Positions 1-58,643 are shown, numbered from the stretch's first letter. The stretch: 64,000 nucleotides of DNA from Chrysomallon squamiferum (GCA_012295275.1 CM022673.1:1798001-1862000); one strand, 5' to 3'. The notes: generated by a model not told the origin, from the letters alone. Translations and numbers: made by a program.

Positions 1-173
1 TATACTTTAACTTTATTTTAAATATATTATTACACAGGCCGAGAATCAGAATCACACTGGAGAACGAAAGAAAGAGGTAGAGATATATATCACAGATAAA
101 GAATTTTAGATAGATGAATATGTGGACAGACAAAGAAAGAGGATAGAGAAATCCAAATGAGAGCGAGATACAT

Positions 174-176
<3 letters not shown>

Positions 177-262
<86 letters not shown>
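177..262. repeat. (AG)n microsatellite
   Basis: Perfect dinucleotide run. Confidence 0.99.
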
Positions 263-266
<4 letters not shown>

Positions 267-387
267 AGAAGAGGATAAAGAATAATAAATGAGAGAGAGA
301 AAAAAAACCCCAAAACAACACACAAAACAACTCAGGAGAATATTAAAAGGACAGAAATATGAAAGAGAAGATGACACTAGGCGAGTG

Positions 388-42454
<42,067 letters not shown>

Positions 42455-42472
<18 letters not shown>

Positions 42473-43035
42473 CTGAAATAAACGTAAAGTAAATATTTAA
42501 TAAACATTTAAATAAGTATTTAAGAAATAATCATCAGAAGACAGATCAGGAAACGTTGCCAATTAATACTGAAATAAATATTAAATAGGCGTTTAAGTAA
42601 CATTTAAATACATACTTAATAAACATTTAAATAAACTCCAGAAATATAGCCTTATAACACTGAAATAATTATAATATAAATATTTAATAAACATATAAAT
42701 AAATGTTTAAGAAATAATCAGAAGACAGATAAAAAAAGAAAAACCCACCCCAAAAACGTCGCTATATAATACTGAAATAAATATTATATAAGTATTTAAT
42801 TAACATTTAAATACGTTTTTATTTAACCTTTAAACAAATATTTGTTAAATGTCAGACATAACGCTGAAATAAACTTAATCTAAGTTTTTAATAATAAAAT
42901 ATATATATGTACTGAATCATCTCCGTCTTATGAACAAATAAAGTAGCGACATGATTGATGTAGAAACATCACATTGAAATATATCTAAGTATTTAATAAA
43001 TAAACAAATGAGAGAAACATCGCAATATCACACAC
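42455..43035. repeat. Degenerate tandem array (~91-112 bp units) containing copies of the exon A acceptor and first ~15 exon nt
   Basis: ctgaaataa at 42473 (true), 42569, 42660, 42772, 42864, with decayed copies near 42973 and 43020; shared blocks tatttaataaacatttaaata and taagaaataatca(tca)gaagacagat. Confidence 0.85.
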
Positions 43036-43277
43036 AAATTCATATTTTAAATAAAATATTAGTAGGTAAACATTTGGTTAGATGTAGAAATATGTTTTTG
43101 ATTTCCGAGTAATGGAGAGATGTGCATATCAAAATACACAATGGTTGATAATTACTCAGTACAGAGTGTAAATAAATAAATAAATAATCGTAAAGTGACT
43201 ATTACGACTGATTACTCTGATCTATGATTACACAAATAAGAACAATAAAACGTTTGTGTCTGGGATGTCATGGATAA

Positions 43278-43342
<65 letters not shown>

Positions 43343-43487
43343 TGTAGATAAAAATACTGATGTAGACCCCAAGCCAATCAGCCACCCAGCCTGAAAGAGA
43401 GACAGACAGTCGGACAAATAAACAGATAGATGTGTGGATATAAACATATTTAGAAAGAGAGAAAGGAAGATAAATAGATAGGTGGAT

Positions 43488-43584
43488 ATACATACATACA
43501 TACATACATACATACATACATACATACATACATACATACATACATACATACATACATACATACATACATACATACATACATACA

Positions 43585-43614
<30 letters not shown>
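43488..43614. repeat. (CATA)n tetranucleotide microsatellite
   Basis: Perfect run. Confidence 0.99.
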
Positions 43615-43620
<6 letters not shown>

Positions 43621-45560
43621 TATATAAGTATGTGTGTGCGCGTGTGTCTGTGTGTGTAGATGATGAATAGAAATAAAGAAAGATTGATATACAGAAACTC
43701 TAACAGGCTAGATAGACAGACTCACTGATACAGATGGAGTGGTATACAGCTAGACTGACAAACAGATCAATTGAGAGATATTTTTAACATTAAATATATG
43801 CACTGCACAGTCAGAACTCGCGGTCCCGTATTAACCTGACAAGCCCCGTTGGGATGTATCATTTGTGTGTTATGTCAGAAGCAATCACATGTTCTCTCTG
43901 TCGCAACCGAGCACGTTATTACCCAGCTACACTGTGTTCAGATACCTCCGAGTACTCGGCCATCTTTCACAATCATCTGGCAAATTAAAACATTCCACTC
44001 GGGACACGATGCAATGCACAACAGAAATTGATTTTATTATAAATGTATAATTTTTTTTTTTTTTTTTCTAACGCAAGCCGTAACAAAAGATTTGAAAAAT
44101 TGAGAAGTGTTTTTTTATTTTTTATTTTTTATTTTTTTTTAATAATATAAATCGTGAGAGAAATATTTAATTATTTAGGGAAGTTACATATAAATACACA
44201 TATTCTAAATTAATTATCATTCTGTCTTTGCCTGTCGGTCTGTCTGTCTGTCTGTCTCTGTCTATCTATCTGTGTATGTCTGTATCTGTTTCTATCTGTC
44301 TCTCTGTCTCTGTCTCGCTCTCTATGTGTCTGTTTATCTGTGTATATCTGTATCTGTTTCTGTCTCTCTCTCTGTCTCTGTCTCTGTGTGTGCATGTATC
44401 TCAATCCCTGTCTCTCTGTCTCTCTCTCTCTCTGTGTCTATAAGCATCTTCATATTACTGAGTTTGTCTTCGTCACTATGTCATACTTATTATCCGTAAT
44501 CCACGTAGTAATCAGTTGCATTCTAATTAGCTTTAACTCAACCCAGTTATTAAACAAATCCTCAACGTTACTGCAGCCAGTGAAAGTTTCTGAGACGCTC
44601 TTGTCAGACTGAAATCATAAATTTGTCTGGATTTGTTAAAAAGTCAATACTCCGTTGACCATAGTCTAGTCAGTAATCAAAAAGATCACATTTCAGTAAA
44701 TAATGCTATTATAAATCTTAAATGAACCGCATGGATCTGATTTACAAAGTAGACACAACGCTAGCTTATGACGGAATTATAGTTAATACCTGTTTTCGCT
44801 TTTAATATAATCACGGCTTTGTTTTATAAAGACGATAACGATAATGATGGTCGTATTGATAATGACGTTGATGATGACGGCGATAATGATGATTATGGTT
44901 CTAGCAGCAGCGTGGTATAACAACAACAACCAAAACATCAGTAACAACAACAACAGCAACAACAACAACAATAATAATAACAGTAGTAGTAGCAGCTGTA
45001 ATAGTAATAATAATAATAACAGAACAGTAGTGATAACAGCAACAGCTGCAGCAGCAACAGTGACATTATTATCAAAAGAAACAGTGACAACTACTACGGA
45101 TTAATTGAATCCTTGTGCAGAATTACTGGAAAAAAAATGTATGGTTTGTCCATTAATTAGACTTATTTGATATACTTTACTTTATGGTGAAAACTTACAA
45201 AAGACATAATCAACATAGCATTATATAGTTCAGTAAACTTCCTTTTAGCTGAACAGATTAAAGTCGACTGATTTATGTGGATGGCTTTTCTAGGTCAGAA
45301 GAAAAAAAAAAAAAGAAGCAAAGAAATTAAATTTTTACTTGAATAGCTTTGTAGTTTTATGTTGTGGCTTCCATTCAGTTTATAGTGAGCAAACAACAAA
45401 AAGTTGAAATTTCACTGACATATTAAAAAAACTTATTTACCTTATAATAGCTTTATTTTGATTATTACACTTCAAAATCTTACAATGCATTGTGTTCAGA
45501 TTTAAAGATATGAATAAAATAAAACTAGATACATATTTAACACGAGAGAGAGAGAGAGAG

Positions 45561-45666
<106 letters not shown>

Positions 45667-47625
45667 AGAATAATAAGAAAAACCTGATAAACAAAACATG
45701 TGTATGTTTTATATTTTTAATGTCTACAGTTATTTATTTCACTATATAAAATGAAAAATATCTGTGGTTTACATAATATTATAACAAATCGAAGAGAGGC
45801 AGAGGACTTCATTCACATGATGTAATTAAAAAATCATATATTTAACACATTACATTCGCTATATTTCCATTCAGTTTTAGTTCTACTGTTATTAAAGAAA
45901 CATCTTCATTAATTAATATTCTTATTGTCTTTAATCACTTTCTTTGATTACCACTGTTTTGATAAAACCATGGATAATTCTATACCTGAACTCGTAAATA
46001 AAGGATGGGTATTTTAAAAGTGTATCTTTGAGATTGAAAGTCAACAGAAATAAAGAAACGTTATGAAAAAATGACAACGAAACTATGATGAAGAGCGATC
46101 GTAAAAAGGACTGTCCTGAACCAATTATGATTCCTATTGCCCAGGGAAAAAACTCGTGACCTATATCGCTTGCTTGGACGCATCACACAACGCCGTCTAC
46201 CACGGCATCGACACGTAACCCAGTGCCTTCTACCAGCGAGACGTAGTTCATCCAATTTGAAGAAAACCCAAAGTAACCGAACCAAATGAAGCCACACAAT
46301 CGAATTGGTTTCTTTTTAGAGCTATTTCTGCGTGGACGTCTGACTCTTAATATGGTGCTGACTTTCTGTCAATATCTCCACGTGTCAGACGATAAGGATC
46401 TGGCCTCAGTGACACCGAGGTAACGCTGCACTAAATAAACAAGTCTCCCTCACTTTGATGGACAAGTTCAGTCTTCGATATATAGAACACGAGAGTGGGG
46501 TAACACCACGAATATATTAATTAAGACAAATCGAAAAGCAAACACGAAGGATGCCTATTAAAATGTTCGGTTATTTGCAATCTTGTAATCTAGATTCTGC
46601 TAAATCTATTCACACATTTTTCAGATAATGTCTGTAGATTCTTACGTCAATGCGTTTTACTAATCTAAAATGTTAGTCACAGTGAAGAAGACAAAGATAG
46701 CAGACACACATAATCACACACACACGAAACCACGATATTTTTCATTGTTTCGTATTTTCTTTTTCATTACGCTGTATCCTATTATTCTTGGAGGGATTAT
46801 GTCATTAATATGTATGTTAGGAGTTACCTAAGATGTCCAGAGGAGAGAGCTGTATGAGAAAGATCCCGCGAGATATCAAGTGTCAGCCATTATTATCCCT
46901 TACAGAAAATGAATAAAAAAATTATACATCTTTAATGGAAAAAAAGAGTTTTATATAAGATATAAGATCATAGTTACTGTTAAAAATAGAAGAAGAGAAG
47001 TCGAGTTTTATTAAAATGACACTTCATCGAAACACTCAGAAAGAAAGAAAGAAAAAAAAAAAACATATTTTTCTGTTGTTAATCATTTTCCAGAATCAAT
47101 CGCCGAAAATGCTTTCACTCCTCTCTCTGTCTGTTAATTAGATATGTATCAAGCATGCGCTTGATGCGATGGAATGTAAGAAAACACATCGAGGCTCAAT
47201 GACACGCGTTCTTAGACTTAACTTTCCGCTGAGGAGAATCGTGATGACATGAAATGAAGACATGCCTTACTTCTCCTCTGGTGCAAATATGCTCGTGCTG
47301 TCCCCGGAGCAAAGAACGAATAACTCGTGTCCAGACCGAAGAGAGGGGATTAATCAAGGAGAGATCATAAAATGCGGACACGGATTCAGTTCGAGGTGCA
47401 TCACGTTTTTTGGAAATGTTTTAACATCTGAAATGCTAGCAGCCATATTTGATGTATTTCCTTGAAACAATTTCTTTCTGCAATTTAAATGATTCAAAAC
47501 TAGATCTTTTGTACTTTTATCAAGCAGCTCTTTTTTTTCATAGATATTGGTTGTATTTACAGATATCGTGCATATAATTATTTTCATACGTATGTGAGTA
47601 CGTGCATATAATGTGTGTATATGTT

Positions 47626-47782
<157 letters not shown>

Positions 47783-49239
47783 AAAATATATATATATACA
47801 TAATATATATATTGGTGAATGTATCTATATATGTATTTCCCACTCCTTCTTATTATAAATGTGTCATGAAAAAGGAAGGATTAAAATAAATATATTGTAT
47901 TTCCATTTTTTTTCATTATAAAAAATTTAAACTATTTCATATGAGATGATGAAATCACTTTCAATATATGTTTTTTATTTTTTATTTTTTAAACCCTTTG
48001 CCCTACCACACGACTTGGAGCGATAGTCATATTCCACACCCCCCCCCCTCCGCCCGTGCTGCGAAGTAACAAAACTAATAGCAGCAGCTTCTGCTGGAAG
48101 CGAAGACTGAAATTTGATTTATACATTTTCACACTAAGCTCGCTAAGTGTCGTGAACGGGACACAAAAGAAACCCTCGCCAGCTCTGAACACGGAGAACT
48201 CGCGTTACGACCAAGCTCGACTTGACTCCTGTCACCGAAAAATCACTCACGTTGCGAGTGGTCCACAGAATTTGGAGCCTCGTGTCTTTTTTCCCCCGTC
48301 TTTTTATGGGAAATTAATTCAGCGGCTGGCTGCAAATCATTTTCAGTAACGGCACCTTGCAGTAAGCGTAATTAAAATTGAACGCTGCCCGGGCCGTAAG
48401 ATACGTTGTCGTTCTCTCGCCTCGCGCTACGACGGTAACCGCAGAGTTGTAGCAGTGCTGTTGTGTTTGCTGCACACTAAGAGAAAAATGCCGGTCGATC
48501 GGAAGAGAAAACTGGCTTTATTTGTTTTCTGTAGCAGGCTTTTATTCTTAGACCCGATTAAATTTCTAGAATCTTTGCTCAGTAACACAATCCTTTATTG
48601 TTTGTGCATGTTGTAAATATAAGGGAACGTTATCGTGTAGCATCGGTAGTGTTCTGTTATCATCCAGATGTGCCAATTAAAATATGTTGTAATATAACTA
48701 TGTTTTTTTTTGTTTTGTTTTTTTTGTTTTTTTAGTATGGTATTAAAATAATATCTTTACATTTTGCATCATATTATATACAGATTAAATTTTTATGTCA
48801 GTCAGCATAATACTGCATAAGAATGCAGAGAGAGTGAGAGAGTTGAGAGTAGGATTATGGGTAAAAATCCTGTATCTGTCAAATGTAATGCTGAATATTT
48901 CTACGTCATTTCAAACATTATCCATTAAACACTAACTGTTTTGTATTTGTAATACTGGATTACAGCGTGGCGTGCATTCTAAACCTAATATCTATCTGAT
49001 CCCGTTTTTACGATCCTGCCTTATTTTTTTTTGCCGTGAATAATTACGTCATTTAGGTAACGCCTATTACTCGCGTTCATTGAGCTTTGCAGCAGCTGAC
49101 TCTAAAACAAGCACATTATGGTAATTTGTCTTCTTCCTTCGTGGACTCGAGTTACTTCTGCAAGACAAATGGGGAGACTGCCACTCAGTAATAGCCTCGT
49201 TCCTCTTTTCAACTGTGCAATGAGAATTTAAGTCTAATA

Positions 49240-49450
49240 AGGACTGGCTTGTAGCTCAGCGATCACAACTGTATTTGGTCGAAGGATCAGTCCTCAGCGG
49301 TCGAAGGATCAGTCCTCAGCGGTTTCAGTCCTCAAATAGGAATTTCCCGTTCCAGCGTGGGTATCGCGATTATTTTTTGAACAGCCACGATATGGGAAAG
49401 TGTATATGATATATCGAAGCTGATGTTAATAATCGAGAAGAGTAGTGGTT
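49240..49450 (+). mobile_element. SINE-like remnant with tRNA-type head and internal 22-bp tandem duplication
   Basis: A-box-like gtagctcagc near 49251; GGTCGAAGGATCAGTCCTCAGC x2 at 49277-49320; shared core atttcccgttccagc 49342-49356. Confidence 0.55.
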
Positions 49451-49576
49451 ATTGCTTAATCGTCTTCATTCGAGAAGCGCATAATTGATACCTAATAAAT
49501 TATCATCATTTAATATAATTATTTTATTGTAAGTCTTGTGGGCATAATATAACAATGAGATTTAAAAAAATATAAT

Positions 49577-49675
<99 letters not shown>

Positions 49676-50703
49676 GAAAAGGATAACTATTTTTCGTTGA
49701 ATGCAAAACAGAAACGATTTCAGATTAGTTAAAAGGAGGTACAATGCTGACTGATGCAATAAATAAATAAATGGCCGCTATGGATGTTGCACTTCTGTTT
49801 CAGAGTCTGTGAGAAGAAATAATGTTCACTTATTAAAACGAATCAAACCGTGTACGGTAAACCCTGTCTGCGTTGAGAGTGGTGTCAAACGACCTTTACG
49901 CTTTTTGAAACGTCTCTCGAGTGGAACTCTTCTCTGAACAATCGGTTCGGCTCAGACTAACGAGACATTTTGGCCTGCCCGGTGACGAGGTTGACCTACT
50001 GAAACACTGGACTTCACAACTCATTCAGTAACTGAGAGGAGCTGTTTCATGATTTCTGGAGAAACAAAAACAAAAAAAAAAAAAAAAAATTGTTGTGTTT
50101 TTGTTTTGTTTTATTTTGACGTCTGCTCTTTTTGACTTTTCTTTCATCTCAGAATGCTTAGAAATTACAAAGGGGAAAAGATTCTTAACTTATTTGTCTT
50201 CGTGATGAATTGGAGAATTGTGTAAGTTGCTGAACTATAGATCATGCCGCCAAGAGTCCAAATCCAATTACACGCCATCGCCTCGTGCTGCCAGTGTTAC
50301 GCATTTCACGTCTGCTTCCTTCCTTCTGGCGTGATGGATTTCTCGCAATTATCTCCCTTCTGTGACACCCAGCTTTAGGGCGTACAAGTTCCTATTTTTT
50401 AACCTCGGTCATAAGCTGTAAATTAATCCCGAGAGAAACGTGTGTAGATTGCACACGAATCCGGTGCCCTGCATGTTTATTTCGAAGAGCCAGAACGAGC
50501 CTGGTATTTTGGGCAAAAACAAGTGACGTCACAGTCGTGATCCAGCTGCGTGAAAACCGGTTTGGACCGGATCTCACTCGGATCTAAATGGCGGGGGTGT
50601 AGAAGAAGGTGGATTCTCACTAATTGGGTGTCCTGGATCGACTGCCCGGGACACGGAAAAAAAAAAAAAAAAAAATGGATTTCACGTCAGGAGGCTGAGA
50701 ATA

Positions 50704-50742
<39 letters not shown>

Positions 50743-52490
50743 AAGGAAAATGAAAGCATCTCTGTGGGACAGATTACCAATTAGGTGACTGACCTTTGAA
50801 ACCGCCGATTGCTGCTATATATAGTACAATCATTTAATATTCCAGTATTTTAAAGTGCAAAGCTTGCGATGTGTAAGTTTGTATAACAGTGAGTTTGTGC
50901 ATATAAATGTATGTATGTGTATAGGTGTGTATGTGAGTGTGTGTGTATGAGAGAGTGAATGTACGTACGTATGTATGCCTTTATGTCTGTATGTCTGTAG
51001 GTGTGTGTAAACGTGTGTGTATATATATTTATGTATGTCTGTATATATGTGTGTTTAGGCTCGCGTGCATATGTGTAAATATACGTAGGTGAAGATATTT
51101 CCAGTTTTCTATCTATCGACACATCAAAAGATCTTTTCCTTCAGGCTATCAGAATAACATTTCTTCCTTCGCCAAAAATAAAAAATAATAATAAAAACAA
51201 CTCAATAGAAAGAGTTGTTCGTGGAAGCTAATTATCTCTTCCAATCAATTAACATTTTACTTTCTGACTTTTTGCAGAAAGAACCGCATGTTATGAACTA
51301 GTTAAGTCATTTCAAGACGTTGAAAAAAATAAAACTATAATAAAGATTACATCTTTCATATTAAGGCGTGTACGCCGACATCTTAGTTTGCAAACTAAAA
51401 AATAGGAAGTTTCCGAAGGCGCAGCTCTCTATAAACAATAAGCCTCGTGTTTCTTTGGCATTTAAATGACAATTGGATGGAATGGCGTATTGATTTAAGC
51501 TTCTTTTTTTCCCCTTCTGTTCCAAGTCAAACGATTTCAAGTGTTGGGATCGTACTAAATAAAATGAGTCTAATTAAAGAGTGAATACTAAATTGCGTTC
51601 CCAGTGATTTTCTCAGTCCGCTAAGGGCAACAGCACGTGATACCTACGAACTAAATAACAATTTGTTGGAAAGTCTTTAAACCAGGCCAGTGCTATTTTA
51701 GAAAACTAGCTCAGCGCGCTAGCAATAGCGAAGAAAAAAACTACTGCTGTAATTTGAGAAATAATTTCAAATATTGTTTCACGATATTTTCGATGCCCGA
51801 CATCTTATTACCTTAAAATAAAAACATATATAATAATTTCTAGGCCAGGAAACAGTGATGCGTTGGAGAATCAAATTTCATAATAAAGACTTGACATCTA
51901 TTGATTTTTTTTTTTTTAAATAAATAAATAATAATCATGCAACAGGTGTTCATTTTTATTTTTAAAGCACAGTAATGTTAAGAAATGAAAAAGAATTAAT
52001 TGTTAGTTCCGCTCCATTTCGCCACTGAACTTTCAGTTGTTCAGACCTATTGTCGTATAGGTGGTGAAGAGAAAATAACTGCGGTCAAAAATCCAATTGA
52101 TTTTCAGTGGTTATCATACAAAATATTTGGACTGCGTCGTCAGCAGACAAAAATTTTTGATAACAGTTATAAAGCCGCTCTTTGCACACCGTGTGTGGGT
52201 ATTCAGTGAAAAACAAATTTTCTGAAAATAGTTCTGCCTTGTAGTATTATAAATCCGTTCAGAATATATTTAAGACCGCTATTTGGGGAAATCAATACAA
52301 AATTTCGTTGTCAATCGACGTACTACGGCACGGCAAATAGAGAGGAATCTTTCCTCTGAAAAATATGTTTATCCTTGGCAAACAGTTTTTGATGCTTCCA
52401 AACTAGCATTATTGTGCTTGCCGAAAGAAAGATTGATAGAGAGAAAGATGGATAGCTTGGTGGAGATCTGTAGAGAGAGAGAGAGGGAGG

Positions 52491-52576
<86 letters not shown>

Positions 52577-52727
52577 GATGCATACTGAGATTGAGAAAGA
52601 AAAATAGAGAGGTAAAGAGAGAAAAAGACTGAGGGAAAGAAAAGGCTGAGATAGAAACAGAAAAAACAAAGACAGGCTGATAATTGTTAACAGTTATTAA
52701 TATACAGTATATGTATATGTGTATGTA

Positions 52728-52790
<63 letters not shown>

Positions 52791-54895
52791 TGCGTGCTTG
52801 TGTTCATTCGGACAAATGTTAGACAAATATAGGGAACGATCCTTTATATATAAAACTGTCAACATATTCCAAATAAGGACTAATACGCACGCTCAGGTTA
52901 GCTGAGGGCATTTTAATCATTTCAAAATCTTCATACAACAAAAACAATCTGTCATCGCTTTCCCAGCCAAACATCGCCAATTCAAGCCTGCTTTCACTTT
53001 GGCTGAAAGAACCATACACTCGCCAGCACCGTTTATTTTCTTTTGATAATAACCAAATGCGCATATAAAATAACCAGATCAATCATTGTGGAATATTACT
53101 GTCAACGCAACTTCACACAATTAAGCTGTTTGAAAACAGCCAGGGTTTATCACTGTCATAATCTTGTCACTAATTAGCTGGAATCGTTCACGTATTTAAT
53201 AAATGTTGTCAAAACTCTCAACTCGTTTTTTTAATAATAAAAAAAAAGATTTATCAGTTGCTGAGCTGTAGCTAAATGTGTTACGGGTAAATAATGTAGA
53301 ACAGTGTCGTTGTCGAGTTCGCTGTACGTGTGTGTGTGTTTTGATGTGTGACTGTTTTAACTCGCCAGACAACTAGGTGGTGAAGTAACCGAATCTTCGT
53401 CAATAACACAAATTTCAAACACAGACAAGTGCTACCGACCCAAATAAGAAAAGACACAGTTAACAGATTCGTTAAAAGACACAGCTAATACGTTCGTAAA
53501 GTAGACCATAAGGAAATGATAGAAAATTATTAATTAATCTAATCACACGCTGAAACTGGGTTAAGGATACTGGTTAATTATTGTTCTGAGAGGATCAGCT
53601 GGTTTGATGTCGGAGTTCATGTAATGACGTGTATTGCTGTGTACAAACCACTTGCGAACTGTCAAAGTTAAGTTTTACATTTCAGAAAACTGATGTCGTT
53701 GGTGTTTAATTGACAAATTTCATTTGTCTCATATTTATGTGTGTGTTTTCTTCTCTCTTCTTATTTATTTGTGTATATGTGTGAGTATATTTTTGTATTT
53801 ATGTATGTATATATGTATGTATGGATGTATGTATCTATGTACCTACGTACATACGTATGTATGTATGTATTTATGTGTATGCGTACTTTCGTCTGACTGT
53901 CTGTATGCATGTATGTATGAATGTAAGCAAGAGTGTATGCGTGTTTCTTCATCGTGTATATAAAATACATAAGCGTGAATGACTGTATATAGTATGTAGT
54001 ATATTATATAACAGGTAAGTATGTTTACAAATAATATATGTACACACGCAAGAACAGATTTAATTAAATGAATTTGTATCTGCAAGTGTATGTGTGGACG
54101 TGTTTGTGTGTGTGTGTGTGTGTAAAGTCATGCTTTTAATTTTGCCTATTTTAACTTCTTTTCTTCTCACTTCTTTAATCACTTTATCAAAACAAACATC
54201 ACATCTACCTGTCAACCCGTCCCACCATTCGTCATTTCCAAGCTCTACCCTTTGCAGCTAAGTGCACGCATTTTCACAACAAACTCGGCATTCGTCGTCA
54301 ATTACCGTCAGTCACGACGACACCAACGCGTGACCAGTCGTTCAAACAGCGGGTTATCGAAAGGCAGACGTCGGCGATAAACTCCGATTTTGTCTATCGT
54401 ATCGCGCACCGTCCGAAACGAAGTCATCAGTTTCGTTTTAACATTTCTCTTCGTTTTTGACGTTATCCATTAAGCGCGCATTTCAGTGTCGTGTGTTATG
54501 GCATTAGACAGGCGTTATGGAGAGGACTGACAATGATCCCAGGCTCAGACAAATGTAATGTATTTCAATGAAGAGTTTATACACCCTTAGTTACAAGCTC
54601 AGTGTCTCAGTCGATATGTAGATTACGATTACCGTGTTATTTTCGCATTCGTGCAAAATATTTTGCCGACTAGATGATAATGTGTTACTGGCCTGATGAT
54701 GGAAATCACATTCGTAGAAATAATAATGTAGCACAGATTAGAATGACAAAGCGATACGTCACTGAGTTATTCTGAAGATTATTTCATAAATCTGTATGAC
54801 ATGCTCAGATGACTGGATGCTTTAAATTGATGACTAAATAGGGGAAGTAACATATAATGCATATTAACTGAAAGTGTTCATATTCATAGCTAAAG

Positions 54896-54934
<39 letters not shown>

Positions 54935-55034
54935 ACACACACACACACACACAACCTGACTAAACTTGTGACAGCTAAGAAAAATAGTGTATGTATATGT
55001 TCTATATCTTTAGGTGTTTTTAAATTTATCATTC

Positions 55035-55096
<62 letters not shown>

Positions 55097-56725
55097 TATA
55101 TATATTATAAGAATAACTCTAACATCCAAAAGAAAAGAAACCAGTAATAATAATAAATAAATCCCCTAATAATCAATCACAACAAACAAACCAACACATT
55201 CTCCAGAGATATTACATAATCTTTCAAAATGCAATGACGTAAAACATCCAAGACAATTTAAAAAACCTTGGACAACAACAACAACAACAACAACAGAAAC
55301 ATTATTTTTTTAACCACATCTTTACAAAAACAAGCGTCAACAACAACATCAACAACTTTCTGGTCTTGAAGTAAGTCGTCAAAAACATGACGCCATGTAC
55401 CAATACCATTTTGTCTGCTAGTAATTGCAAATCAGCGTGAAAGCGCTGCATTCTGACACAAAACGGTCTTGTTGACCACCTTTTATCAGCTCGCTCGCTG
55501 TTCGCTGGTGTGCTTGTGAGAGATTAATATCAAATTTCCCGCCACATGTTGCGACCAATCAACGGTAACCGGGCAGCGACCTGGCTGCATAACGCAGGCG
55601 GAAAGATATTACGAAAACCGTGACACGGCCATTGTCCGTGGAGAGCGTTAGAAACGGACACTGACGGACAGGCGAGTGAAAGTGAGCAGGCTTTTGTTTG
55701 CAGATATTTGTCATCAAGCTTTGACGTGTTTGCGGATGACAACAGGAAATGTAACGACAAGGCAGCTGCAAGTGTGAGCTTCGTTTTCGTTTGTAATTGC
55801 GGTTATGAAAGCGACGTGGAAATCTGCCAAATGTTTTCCTCAGGTCTAGAAGCAGGAACTTGGTAGTTCTTAGTTACTTCTGAGTTGCATTTTTATTTTA
55901 TTTTATTTTATTTTATTTTATTTTATTTTATTTTATTTAATTTAATTTAATTTAGATTTTATTTTCAGAATTAATTTAATTTAAATTATTTATTTATCAT
56001 TACTATTTTAAATTTACGTTTGAACTATTCTTTAAAAATAAATACGTAAAACTGATCGTAACGACACATTTATTTACTTCTCAATTTCAGCAGATTAAAT
56101 ATCACCTATTCTTACATACGTTTCAGTTTGCGACGAAAACAAACTGAAAAGACGCAACTTTTTGAAAACAAAATCTGAGGCAATGAAAACAGTCGACACA
56201 GGCTGCTTTCACTCTTAGAAAATTAAATACGCCATATTCTACGATTTTACGTGGCGTTAATTGCCCGACGCAGTAAATGAAAAGATAAAATCCTGGATAT
56301 AAAAATGATCAGAATTAAACGCGAGCAAAACAGTCTGAAGTCAGTTAGTACAGTCTGTGAAATTAATTTCACCTCTAACTGGATAAAGCAAAATTAAGGT
56401 TCTGCGGACAACAGAACATGGACGTTATAATTACGGTACTGTAAGGTTATAAAGTAAAGTTGTTTAATGGTAAAAGAAAAGGTAGGCTGGGATATTGTTG
56501 TGCATTTCTATGAGAATTGTTGGTGGCGATGAATGAATCTGATAATAAGAAAAAGGCAGAATTATTGCAGATTATTTAACACGGAGTATTTGGTGCATGG
56601 TTTATTAAAACATTTAAAGGGCAGCATTTGATTGTTTATTCTGGGTGTATACGTAAAGATTATATATTGAGAGATAGACAAGTAGAGATAGAGAGTCCAT
56701 GAAGAAAGATCGCAGGAGAAACGAA

Positions 56726-56970
<245 letters not shown>

Positions 56971-57985
56971 ATGGACAGAGATGCATACAAACATATGACG
57001 TGTTTACGTACCTTTCTACATCAACCCGTCATCTATTCATAGTACATAAAAACAAACATACATACATACATACATACATATACATACATCCATACGCTCA
57101 TATACATACATACATATACTATACACATCCATACATACATTCAAATACAAAAGTACCTATATATATGGATACACATAGAACATATACCAACATGCCCCTT
57201 GCTTATGAATAAACATACAGAACATTTCAAGGATAAAATAAGTGAAATAATCTCGCTGTTTCCTGTGGGCTGCTATTGGTGTTGTGAGGTATTGATCTGT
57301 GGCGTGGTGTTGTTATACTAATTAGTAATTACACGGAAATCTTGTATTCCGTGAAAACAGATCAATAGCAGGTGAGTGTGGCGGTTTCTGTTTTTACAAC
57401 TTCAGCATAAAACTTTACAATTAGCCAAATGAAAACTACGCGAATCATTAAAAAACGACAACAACACAAAAGAACCCCAATACCTCCTCCAAAAAAAAAA
57501 AAAAAAAAAACACAACAAAAAAACAACAATAAAAATAAAAATAAAATAAGAAAAAACAACAATGTCTTTATATGTCCAGTTCGTGTATGCATGTTTAATA
57601 TGTTTTCTGAACGCTGGATAAAAGGACATCTAATCACAGAACGAGCTGTTACTCTGAATTTGTTTAAACCTAACATTAGAGACAAAGTCACGGTATTTAG
57701 ATTGTCCAAGTCGCGTATTTTAACAAACGACAGGTCGTATTAAAACGAAATCGTCTAATTAAAGCAAGTGATCACGTGACTAATCTTCATAAAGGAGCCC
57801 ATCGCTTTTTTACCATTCGACCAGTACTCCACAACTATTTACTACCGAAAAATGCTCATTTCTATCTTGTAATGGTAAAAGTCTTAGCCAAAACTTTTCA
57901 GATGTTTTCCTTTTACCACAATATAAAGTATAAACACAGATTTAAAAACAAAAATAATAATAATAAAATAATCATAATAATAATC

Positions 57986-58039
<54 letters not shown>

Positions 58040-58643
58040 TTAATAAAAATATTAATCAGGTTAAGGAACTACATTCACTGTGTTGTTTTTCTCTTTTGAT
58101 ATTTGCAACATGTCGGAGTTAAAAAGGGGTTCGAGAAAAAAGTGTTTACCCAGTATTGACGGATTCAGTAATCGAACTCGCTCTGTCGTCCTCGATTATC
58201 GAAATTGTCGATTGAACAGGTTGAGAAAGACAGAAAAGCTTACACAATACTAAATCGATCCCCAATGTAATATGTTAGGGACCTATCATGCGTTTTAAAA
58301 AAAAGTGGGTGCAGTTACTGTGATCCATGCCAAAACATGTGATCCTGACAAATTATGTTCTATTTCCTTTCGCTGAATTCATATTAAATGGCATTCCATG
58401 TTAATTTTATTAAGAAATTGTATTACAAGGTATATTTATAACGTTCTATTTTCAAAAATTGTTATTGAATACTGTGAGTTTCAATGTTAGTGACAAGCAG
58501 CTAAAGGTAAATTTGAAGAAAAAAAATGTATGCTTCCATTCTTCAACAATAACAGACACAACAAGAACATCAACAACAACAACATCATTTATAATAATTA
58601 TAAAAATTATCATTTCAGTAAAACAATAAGAAACAAACAGAAC

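Noticed and set aside
46381-46430. AGT GAC ACC GAG gtaacg, resembling the DT(E)|gt end expected of the missing first exon
   Set aside because: It is on the plus strand, opposite to the gene, and the upstream frame does not resemble a GABA-B N-terminus.
49240-49330. Possible tRNA gene
   Set aside because: Only an A-box-like fragment; no cloverleaf or intact T-loop. Better explained as a decayed SINE head.
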